A stretch of 64,000 nt of DNA from Macrostomum hystrix. Taxonomy: Eukaryota; Animalia; Platyhelminthes. The stretch covers positions 1,612,001 to 1,676,000 of the forward strand of contig CATNEN010000015.1 in the NCBI GenBank assembly GCA_950097015.1, written 5' to 3'. The translations under genes and the position numbers were made by a program. Positions within the stretch are counted from its first letter, which is position 1. Each line of letters opens with the position of its first letter. The notes beneath the pieces are model-generated. The model was not told where the DNA came from. It saw only the letters and a list, made by a program, of their open reading frames with translations, and searched no databases. Of this stretch, positions 49,086-58,894 are shown in pieces.

Positions 49086-51138
49086 GGGTTGCATAATGAG
49101 GAGGGACAAGTATTCAAATTTCTCAGTCAGCTAATTCAGGCACCTAGATTTCACAGCTGGGTGAACTGAAGCAACACAGAGCTATGTGCAGAGCTACAAG
49201 TTTATGAAGTCAGGAGTTAAGGCCTAAGACTGGGCTTGAATCCTGAGCAGTAAGCAATCAGAAATTGCCTCAAGCAAAGCAGAATTTTTTACCTGTCCAG
49301 GAATGCATATTTCAGATGTCTTAATTATGGGTTCACAGCTTTAATCTGCTAAATATAGATTGTTTTTAGGAAAAAAAAAATAATAATTTTTTTTTCATAA
49401 TGGTACTTACTGTGACAAATATTGGCAATTTTTCATTGTCAAGAAAAGTTATTTCAAACTTTTTTCTTTCAGCATTAGTGTACATTGCCGCTGCTGTTTC
49501 TGATGTTGAATAATGATGCTTTTCTTTGCAACACTAAATAATAAGTGTCTCTTTCTGAGAATCAAATTCACTTTTCCATAGCTGTTAAGCTTCTGAAATA
49601 AATTGAATGTTCTAATGCTATACCACTTTTGTCTATAAAACTTTTAGTTTATAAAAGAATAACTTTGGAATAAAAACTTTCTGCACATACATTCAATGAT
49701 TAAAGGATTGACAGGAAATCAATTGCTTATTGGTGCCACATAGGGCCTAATGATGATTTGCTCAAATTTAATAAATAATCTTGCTATAGGAACTTCAAAC
49801 TTCATTCACTGTCTTTATGACCCACTAGAAGACAGTGAGTCATTGAACCATTGTCTTTTGAGTTTTGTAGCTTACCTACAAGAGCTTTGTAAGAAATTAT
49901 ATGCAAATTAATTGGGACTTCTTGAACTTGAATACTTCAAAATTTTAGTTTCCAGTTTCCAGTAGGTAGGTTCATAAATCTGGTTCTAAAATTGTTTTTA
50001 TAGTGTGATGAGTTATAAAAAATACAATTTTGATCGATATTTAACCACTTTCTATGGAACTTTCTATGGTTTCAGTAACAGGAAATAAGAGTTTTAGAAG
50101 CAAGTTTTTGGTTAGGTATTTTATTTGTGGGAAAATGGCCAATAAATAGGATTAAACTTTATTGAAGAGTCAAGAGGACCTATTAAATATTACTTATGAT
50201 TATTATAGGATGGGCCTAACCTCTAAAGGCTTTTGTAGGTACCTCAATAACACAGGAAACACACTAAGTGGCTGGGACATGGTGACTAAAGAAGGGTTTG
50301 TGTCGTCTTTATGTGTAAATAAGAAACTTCAAAAGTTAAATCAAAAGGCATGGGGACCTATGGAAGATTAATCCTATTTATTGAGATAGGGCCCATGGCC
50401 ATGTAACATTTATTAGAAATTATTTCCAGCAAAAAATATTAATTTGTTTAACTACACATAAAATTTGTCTTAATGCATGGTCTATTTCTTTGGCTGTTCT
50501 TTGACATTCGCACTGGAAATAAAAATTTTAATGAAGTTGCAGAGATGAGGTAGAAAGGGAATTTTTAGCATAAATTATACACTAGAAAAAGGCTGATGAG
50601 AATCTTAAGGATTTTTAACATAACAATGTTCATTTCCGCCAATAGGTAAAATGTTTAATTGGCTACTTTAAGCAATCGTTAGAGTACGAAATCATCCCAA
50701 TTTGTGCGATGTGACCGGAAGCTCTATGTACTCTGCGATCGATAATTTCTAGTTTTAGTTAGCATTTTTGCGCGAGCCTATTGTAAGGCCAGGCATAAAT
50801 TATTCCGGGTCAAAATTAATCTTCTGTTCGCCCACCCCCAGCCCGCCCTTATCTATCTGTCTGGCTGAGGGCTCGGGACCACCGCGCTCCTTCCCTCCTT
50901 TCTCCGCTCGCTCTCCATTCCGCCGTATCCCACTTCCGCCGTAGTTAGTTTGCCAGGGTCAGTTAGTGCTGTCCTGTTTACCGTACAGCATTTTTAAGTG
51001 TCCAGAACCCATCGTGCCACGCCACCTATAGCCTTCTAGTCTCAGAAGTACACCGCCATACCATCCCGCCACGCCTTAGCCACCGGTATCTCAGCCTCTG
51101 TTATCCTCACTTTATCCTGTTTACTTTATCCTCTCAAT

Positions 51139-51363
51139 TTGTCCACCATCCTGCGCCAGCGGCGACTTCGACTAGCGGGCCACGTTATTCGGGCCGAGAG
51201 CTACTGCCGCCAGCCCGCTCAGGACATCCTGCTGCTCACCCTGCAGGGCCCGTTCAGGCGCGGCCAGGCTCGGACCCGCCGCTACGTCGACTGCCTGCTA
51301 AGCGACGCCGGGGCGCCCGACACTGCCACCGGCGCGGACCACGTTCTGACGCTGCCTCCCTGA
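51139..51363 (+). mobile_element. RTE-clade LINE 3' fragment (heavily 5'-truncated)
   Basis: LSTILRQRRLRLAGHVIRAESYCRQPAQDILLLTLQGPFRRGQARTRRYVDCLLSD matches the RTE C-terminal RRLRWAGHV.R...G.R.RG motif. Confidence 0.8.
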
Positions 51364-51559
51364 CTTTTAGGGCTAGCTTCTTTTGTTGTTGCTGTTTTTG
51401 TCACTTTATAATTGTTGCGCGCCGCAGTGCCAGAAGGGATTCAACCCTATCCTTTTGTTACCTACGCTAGTAACGCGCGAGCCTGTCTGTATACCTATAT
51501 CCGTTAACGTCGCCAATAATACTATTCGTCATCGCCCACTATTGCTGTCATTGTCTGAG

Positions 51560-51950
51560 TGCTACCGCTACACATATCTTCGCCGTGTTTGTCGTTAATT
51601 TTTCACCTGCGTCCACACCAAGCGCGTCACAGTCCCGTTGCTGCGTTGAAGATGTACCTGAAGTGCCTAAACGACCTCACATCGAGTCGCTTTTCCCGAA
51701 GCCATGTAACGTTTCGAATGGTACATCAGATAAGCGCTGGTACTGTCTCCCGTACGGTTGGCAAGAATGCGATCGATCAAATCATGAGTCAACTGTCGAA
51801 TATTCTCGATCTCTCTAAGCGTTTCACGAATCATTGTATTCGCGTTACCCACGTTTCGATTTTGAAAGAGCACTGATTTTCAAATTCAGCAGCACGGAAC
51901 ACAAGAACCCGGAGATTCATGGCCCGATGGACTATCTTACCAGAAGTCTG
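51560..51950 (+). mobile_element. Crypton-like tyrosine recombinase C-terminal relic
   Basis: SPVAALKMYL...VGKNAIDQIMSQLSNILDLSKRFTNHCIRVTHVSILKEH*, then frameshifted TEHKNPE. These correspond to the YR H-x-x-R and GH motifs as seen in animal Crypton/DUF3504-type proteins. Confidence 0.65.
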
Positions 51951-52129
51951 ATAGTTTCGATAATGAACTGCTAATAAGACAAACTTTTACTAACTGCTTG
52001 TTTATTTCATGCTTGTGAGAAAAAACTGCTGTCGCTGTTTGAATGCATATGTTTCTATGTTTAATCCATTTGTCATTTAAAATAAAATAACATTTACCAT
52101 ACAAAAAATTCAGTTCTCATTGACGCTCT

Positions 52130-53170
52130 GAAAAGTCATCGCAATGCCCACAAAAGTTAATGAAAATAGCTAGATAATTATTTAAACGGGCGGGCTTGCA
52201 TTAAAGAATAAATCCAACATCCTCTTCAATTGCATGGTAAACATATTTCATACTCTGAATGTCTTTCCACTGCCAGATGTTCATACAAAAATTCATCTGA
52301 AGTGACTCGGAATTGACTCATGATGATAAAACTTTATCTGACTACACGTCCAGTGAGTATTAAAGTCATTTGAATAGTCCATTTTTTCACCCAGGAAAAA
52401 AATGAAATACAATTTAGAATCTCGTCGGGACTCTAAATTCTCGTGTTTTTTGGGGATTTGCATAAGTCATTTTGGAACTAGTCTTGCACCCTTATATGTC
52501 TTATGTCTTGTGACCCTCGGAAAGTACCCTCTAGGCAAATTTAAAACCACTTCCCTTTTAATGCTACCTCTTATCTTCTCATAGATTGCAGGAGATCCAC
52601 ACTGTCTGGATTTGGAGCAAGTGGTTGAATCTCTGGGAGTGTTTCCCTTTCAGTTGCAGTATCCTTTATCTTTTTAGCCGCAGTAACAACACTGCCAACT
52701 GATTTTGCTGCATTCTTAATAGTGTCTTTGTTCTCACCATAGACACTAAAATAACTTATTATTATTATTATTATTAATCGTTATTTTAGTATCGTATATG
52801 GTTCTCATTAATAACCTTAACGATCCTAGCTCTCCGTGCAATTATATTAGCAAGACAATTAATTACCTGAGCGTTCTTTCCTAAGACAGTGGCCTGCTGG
52901 GAAATGTCCAGATCCCCGCTTAATTAGATTAATTTCTCTTTGTCACAGTACTTGTCAACGTCTTTTTCGAAAATAATTGGCAATTTTTATTAAGGAAAAT
53001 TTTTTTTGTTAAACGTGACAGTAAAAGTTCTATTGCTCTCTTGTCAATGTACTTCTTTTCTAACATTTTATCCAGGATATGAACAATTTCTTTCCTATTC
53101 TCATCCTTCATGCCTGTCTTTGATGCTCCAGACACTCGCTTAATGATGTTTGGGGTGTTATGATTCATGT
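52130..53170 (-). mobile_element. Probable degenerate Maverick/Polinton fragment (two small ORFs plus packaging ATPase N-terminus)
   Basis: Minus strand, in order: SKTGMKDENRKEIVHILDKMLEKKYID; ...KDTIKNAAKSVGSVVTAAKKIKD...KGSGFKFA*; HESIPSHFR*IFV*TSGSGKT (Walker A at 52260-52280). Assignment rests on recalled Maverick motifs. Confidence 0.5.
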
Positions 53171-53299
53171 TTCATATTTTGCAGGCACTATACTTGGGTT
53201 ATGTTTGCATGCCTGCAGGGGGATTGAAATGATTGGTCTGAAGATTGATCTGTGATGAAGGTGAATAGTTTTGTGGTGTCGGTCGCTTCATTCGCTCCG

Positions 53300-53995
53300 C
53301 TGTGAAGTTGGGACATTCCACTGGATCTCGTGTCGCCGAGGAGGCTGTCGACAGCCGCCTTCGCGTCCCCGACCTGCAGCACCTGATGATCGACCGTCGG
53401 TGGTGGTCCGATCCGCAGGATTTCCATTTGAGTGGCCGTCTGCCGATGATGGTGATGCCTCTGCCTTCGACAACGTGAAACGAGGCGACCGCCCGTCGGC
53501 CGAATAAGCGGATGGACATCGCCGCCTTGCCGATGAGTTGCATAGGCCGGTCCGAGCCGTACGCGAACAACCTGTCAGAGGCTGCTTGCAGACTCTCATA
53601 CGTTGCGCGGTTAATCACATTGCGAGCCGCCCCGCTGTCGATCAGCACTGACAGTCTGGTGCCGTTGATCTCAGCTACTGTGTGGGCCGATTGCTCCTCC
53701 TGATCGACCTTGAATTTGCCGGTGGCTGGGTCGTCCACCCTCTCGTAGCTGGTCTCACCTTGCAGCATCGCGACAGCATTCGAATTGCTTTGGGGCGCCT
53801 CCTGCCTGGACCTGCAAGCTCGGGCAAAGTGGCCTGGCTTTCCGCACTTTCTGCAGCTCTTGCCTTGCGCCGCGGCGCACGTGGAGTGCCCTGGCCTGCC
53901 GCACCGATTGCAGCGCACCTGCGGCCCTGGTGGCTGTTCGGCTCTCCGGATGGCTGCGAGTTGCTGCTGCGGCTCACCTGGCCTGTAATGTGTCA
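53300..53995 (-). mobile_element. Ty3/gypsy-type LTR retrotransposon fragment: gag zinc knuckles + aspartic protease
   Basis: CNRCGRPGHSTCAAAQGKSCRKCGKPGHFARAC (second knuckle is CX2CX4HX4C) followed by LSVLIDSGAARNVI and a frameshifted EILRIG linker; no RT follows. Confidence 0.85.
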
Positions 53996-53999
53996 GAGT

Positions 54000-54351
54000 G
54001 GGGATGAGTGGAAGAGTTGTCAAGCGTTGCCTCTCGCACCAAGGCCTCTCGATTTCGCGGCAAGGCACATTAATTTGGGGCGCAGCCGCGGATAGAAGGT
54101 TTTGGGGGCGTAAATTGCATTGTAGTGTAATTTACATCCTTGAGTGCCGACCTCCAAGGCACAGTGAAATGTACCCTGCCTGACGATGAGAAGGTCAGGG
54201 CAGAGGTATTTTCCTGTGAGAACGTATGCCTGCGTACAGCATCTGCGTGCGTGTGTGCTCAGGAGTCGGCGAAATGGGCAGAATCGCCTCCTCGCTGGCT
54301 GCGGGTCTGCTGTCACCAAATGATGTGCCATTGCCCGCGGCCCTCCTGCAA
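54000..54351 (+). mobile_element. tRNA-derived SINE, copy F (diverged, no ATT tail)
   Basis: Shared head (TTGCCTCTCGCACCAAGG) and body through GCCCTCCTGCA. Confidence 0.85.
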
Positions 54352-55170
54352 ACATGTTGTTTAAAGAGCGGCGAGAGCTTGGATATTGACTGGCTGCATG
54401 TCCCACCCATTAGAGCTGCCGAAGACCGCGTACAGCGTTTCAGCCCCCAGAACCTGCCGTCTATTGCCAGCACGATCGCCATAGTCCCGAGGAGAGGTCC
54501 CCCCGGCGTGGCCCACATTGTGCCGATCCTGAGGAAAGGCAAGACATCCGATGAGATTGGCTCCTTCTGGTCGATTGCCCTGACCTACAGCCTGGCTAAG
54601 CTAGCCGAGCGTTTGGTTCAAGCGCGGGACTCTACGGGTGGGCCGAGTCCCGGCACCTGCTGCACCCCACTCAGACCGGTTGACGCGCAGCAGCAGATTG
54701 CCCGGCTTACTCAGCTCATCAGTGACGGCCACCAGTAGCCACCCGTCGGATGGACGATTGACGTCTTGTTTGAGTTCTGTAGACCGTCTAGTATCAGGGC
54801 CTGTTGCACAAGCTGCACGCCGCCTGGATCTGGCCGCGGGCGTTCGCTGGCAAACAAGCCTCTTGGCTGACCGACGAGCTGCTGTCAAGGTGCATGGCGC
54901 ACTGAGCAGCTGGCGGCTCTTTCGCGAGGTCCTGCCGCAGTCACGTTTTCGCCCCACTCCTCTTCGCGCTGTACATCAACGACCGACCCGGCTGCTGTCA
55001 GAGTACGTGTATGCTTGACGCAGACGATCTCGCCGTCGCGGTGCAAGACTTGACTGCGGAGGAGGCCGAGGCGAAAGCGCAGCGGGCAATTGATGCGGTC
55101 ACCACCTGGGTGAATGTGCACGGCCCCCCTGTTCACCATCATCGTCAGCTTCACCTTTGGCTTATTAATA
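54352..55170 (+). mobile_element. Degenerate non-LTR reverse transcriptase fragment (I/Jockey-group-like)
   Basis: AHIVPILRKGKTSDEIGSFWSIALTYSLAKLAERLVQAR; VKVHGALSSWRLFREVLPQ; frameshifted PLLFALYIND; DADDLAV (YADD-like); multiple frameshifts. Confidence 0.75.
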
Positions 55171-56166
55171 TGCCTTTCGCGATAGAACGGCAGCGCGCTG
55201 TCTCGGCAGCATCCTGGATCGGCTGCGTAGCTTTATCAGCACGCTGCCAACGTTGTCGGCTGCTGCCGATCACTGAAATCGAGGTTTCCAGGCCGCCATC
55301 GGCGTCAATATTGCACCTGCCTGCCGTTTTTGTTTCGAGAGTGAGGAGAAAGCCTCTCACCTGTTTATTAACTACCCGGCCCTGTCTCTTCACCACTGCT
55401 GCTTCCAGGTACTCACAGTGACCTCGCACGGAGCCCGCGGCTGTGTTTTCTGAGCATTTCGTTGTGCTGAGTTTCCTCAAAGAAGTGAGCGTCCTCTAGC
55501 GTGACAGCCTCAGCAGATCTCGGATATCTCCTGCTTTTTCCTGTGGCAAACAGAGCGGTTGGGCGCTGGCCAGACATCCGTACTGAGCAGAGAAAGCTTG
55601 GGCGAAGCGAGGCAGCTCGCTCAGCTGCGCAGCGGGCTGTCTCCCCTCCTAGCCGGCTGCATGGCCCGCACACACACACACGCACACACACACAAACATT
55701 TTCAAAGTCCTTCAGGAAGAGCACAATGTCTTTAAATGCTTCTAGTTCTATAAATAGAACCATAGGCCTACGCGTTCTTATATTTCAAAACAAAATTGCT
55801 TCACTTTAACTTAGTCTTTCGTCGCTTCTTTCACTGAGAATTGCCCGAGTTGGAGCACAATTAATTTCTGGAATTCAGGAGCCAAAAAGAAAGCAAGCTA
55901 AAGCCATTTTACTTTGTGATTATTGATTGATTTTATACCTCTTTTTAGAAGCAAGAGGCAGGAAAATGTTTTGAGTCAGTTTTTCTGTAGAGTCAGAGAA
56001 ACGGGCAAAATGTGGAAAGTGGTGTTTTTTTTGCTGAGAAACTTGCCTGCGAAAGAATTTTATTTTCGACGAGTCGCATTTATTTCAATTTGTTTTTAAA
56101 GCAGTGAAAAGCTTCAGAGCTGGGAATCAAAATAGAAAGAAAGCACTGCAGAGGTGATTTAAGAAA

Positions 56167-57909
56167 ATGAATTTCCAGCAGCTTGTTTTTCGGTTGCTTC
56201 TTTTGCTTCCGTTGTTACACGACGATGTTGCTTCTGGCACCCGGATCTGCAAATCTTTGCTTATATTCGGCGACGGCTATGAGACCCACAGAAATGTTAG
56301 TCGCTTGCAGGCGGAGTTGACGGCTTATGTCGCTGGCTGCCAGCATGTTTTCGGCGACGTGACATTGAGCTATATAGGTACAAACCAATCAACGAACGAA
56401 CCGCTGGACGATGAAATTCGAGGCATGCAAACAGACTTTCTTGACTCCATTGTGGAGATCAGAGGAAAAATATGGATCGAGTACGTCAACCTTGAGCGCG
56501 TCACCTTCCGCAACTTGCGCACCATTCGAAGTCACGCTTTTGAAAAGTTTAAATGGTACACATTTGGAATATTCGAATCGCCGAAAATTAGTAAGCTGGA
56601 ATTGCCCAAGTTGACTGCTATCACATGGAGAAATGTTGGTCTAGTTGGTGTGAAAATGCAGTATAGCTTGTACTGCTACCTGTCCTACAGTATCAACTGG
56701 ACAAGCCTGTTTCAAGAACCAAACCAGCACTTTTTTGATAGAGTGTTTTCTGTTACTACTGAAGAAGGCCAAGTTCTTCAGAGAAGCTTGAACTCGGGTG
56801 TGATTGATAGGCATACCTGCAGTCGTCAGATTTCCTGTCACGCTAATTGTACTCAAACTCCTATTTATGGCCAAAAATGCTGGTCCGACGATGTTGATGG
56901 CTGCCAAAGTAATCATCTGTGTCGTAAGAGCAAGTGTAACTCTAAGAACCTATGCTTCCATAACCCGAGCACTGGCCAAGAAGACTGCTGCCACGACGAC
57001 TGCCTTGGCGGTTGTTCAAACCGGCTCAACGAGTGCTTCGCCTGTCGGAGTGGAGTATTGTTCAATGGTGTCTGTAGAGAATCCTGTCCGTCGAATACTA
57101 GTACCGCTAGTGGAAATGGCACTGGCGTGACTGTTTGGCGACAGATCGGCAACATCTGCGTAGAGAAGTGCTCACTGCCCTTTGTTGTTAGCTCTGACGG
57201 CAGGCGCTGTTTAATCGAGTGTCCGTCAGCAGAAGTCCCTATCAAAGGAGTTTGCACAAAGTGTATTGACAAAATTAGCTCTAGGCCCTGCAAATCGTGC
57301 AATGTCTCCGATTTAATGTCAGATAATTTAGCATACTTATTGAGGACTGAGCAGTGTTCGATTTGGAGGGCCCATTCTACTCTCTACTTTACTCTACGCG
57401 TGTATGCTGGTCAATTAAATAGCTTAGATAGCCTTAGAGCATTTGAGAATTTAGAGTACTTTTACGGCAATTTATTAATTTTGACATCTAAATACCTACC
57501 AGACTACTTCCGATCACTACGTAATATCAAACACGTCACAAAAACCCTTATTATTTCCTCGCTTAAGACGAGATACCTCGGACTAGCTAGCTTGGAATAT
57601 ACTCGTGACCTTCAGCTTAGGAATATTAGTGGTCTTTGCAGAGCCTGGTATCCAAGCAATCGAATCCGAGAAATCCAGGAAGTCACTAAAGAATTTCAAA
57701 TTACAATACTAAACCTGAGCTTTGATGACAGCAGCGAGATTTGCCGGAACGCTACCTGCGATGCTCAGTGCCAGGACGAATGCTGGGGACCCGGCCCAGA
57801 CATGTGCGTGGCGTGTCGGAACTTCAAAGTGAACGGCCGCTGCTATGCCACCTGTGCGGAGTCTGGCAGGATTGAAGTAAATGGGAATTGTGAACTGCGC
57901 CACAGCTAA
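56167..57909 (+). CDS. Intronless secreted EGFR-ectodomain-like protein (signal peptide, L1, furin-like CR1, L2, partial CR2), 580 aa, no TM or kinase
   Basis: Hydrophobic N-terminus MNFQQLVFRLLLLLPLL; L-domain motifs (IVEIRGKIWI, FRNLRTIR, LPKLTAI, FENLEYFYGNLLI); CCHDDCLGGC and CWGPGPDMCVAC furin-like repeats; many N-glycosylation sequons. L-CR-L-CR order is EGFR-type, not insulin-receptor-type. Confidence 0.85.
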   Translation: MNFQQLVFRLLLLLPLLHDDVASGTRICKSLLIFGDGYETHRNVSRLQAELTAYVAGCQHVFGDVTLSYIGTNQSTNEPLDDEIRGMQTDFLDSIVEIRGKIWIEYVNLERVTFRNLRTIRSHAFEKFKWYTFGIFESPKISKLELPKLTAITWRNVGLVGVKMQYSLYCYLSYSINWTSLFQEPNQHFFDRVFSVTTEEGQVLQRSLNSGVIDRHTCSRQISCHANCTQTPIYGQKCWSDDVDGCQSNHLCRKSKCNSKNLCFHNPSTGQEDCCHDDCLGGCSNRLNECFACRSGVLFNGVCRESCPSNTSTASGNGTGVTVWRQIGNICVEKCSLPFVVSSDGRRCLIECPSAEVPIKGVCTKCIDKISSRPCKSCNVSDLMSDNLAYLLRTEQCSIWRAHSTLYFTLRVYAGQLNSLDSLRAFENLEYFYGNLLILTSKYLPDYFRSLRNIKHVTKTLIISSLKTRYLGLASLEYTRDLQLRNISGLCRAWYPSNRIREIQEVTKEFQITILNLSFDDSSEICRNATCDAQCQDECWGPGPDMCVACRNFKVNGRCYATCAESGRIEVNGNCELRHS

Positions 57910-58302
57910 TCAGCTAATGTGATGAAGGCTGCGATGAACGGTCCAGGGCGTGATCAGTGTGTGAACTGAGAAGTTTCGTTAAGAACAAATCAGTGCTTCA
58001 TTGTAATGAGACTAAATTTGAGTTAATCAAAGTGTACCAAGATCCATATGATGCTTCTAAGATGAAATTTTGGAACAAGTTGTTTGTCTTCAATTAGTCG
58101 GTTAGCACATGCAGTGGCACACCATCAAGGCAAGCCATTGTGGCCATATTTGGTCCCCTGAGTTTGATTTCGCCTTTTATTGAAGCCAGTTAGGAAAATA
58201 CCTTCAGCACTTGAGTGCTCATTGTTTTTTCTATACCTAAATAAAATAGCAAATTGACTTGTACTTTAAAATCAAATACTACTACTTACAGTAGTATTTG
58301 TC

Positions 58303-58345
58303 CTACTGTCACCAAATGATGCGCCATTTCCCACAGCCCTCCTGC
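58303..58345 (+). mobile_element. SINE 3'-end fragment (copy G)
   Basis: CTGTCACCAAATGATGCGCCATTTCCCACAGCCCTCCTGC matches the SINE 3' terminus. Confidence 0.75.
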
Positions 58346-58894
58346 GAAATAAAAATGGCCTTCATTTGACTGCCATCAATTCGCTAAAAACAGTCTTAAA
58401 CAGCATCTTAATAAGAAATTACACTTTTTCATACCTATCAATCAAGCGGCTTAACTTTACACATATCTTTCTGGATTGTGTAGAAATGGATGAATTAAAG
58501 GGCTAAATTGTACAGTTCTCGCGAAGCGGGGGCAGAATAGCTAGTCTATTATACTAAAAATGAAAAGTGTCCATATAAAGATATATATTTCAATTAACTC
58601 AATGCAAAAAGTACTAATGTCGTTTTTCTAGCGAACGTGTTGTCCGATTTTTGAGATTTTTTCACTAAAAGATTTGCCTACCTAACGAGGTGGTACACGT
58701 TTATTATCTAAGCATTTGCTTTATTCTTGTGGCAATAAATATTCTAAAAAGCAGTTTTTTCTGCTATACTTTTAAGGTCTTTTTTTCTTTCGAATAGGGG
58801 CTGACACTGTCAGTTTTATTTGATTGGGCTCGATAATGCCAATTGAATTGGATTGCGGCACCTGTTTTTGTGAAGAAAAAAATTATCTAGGGTG

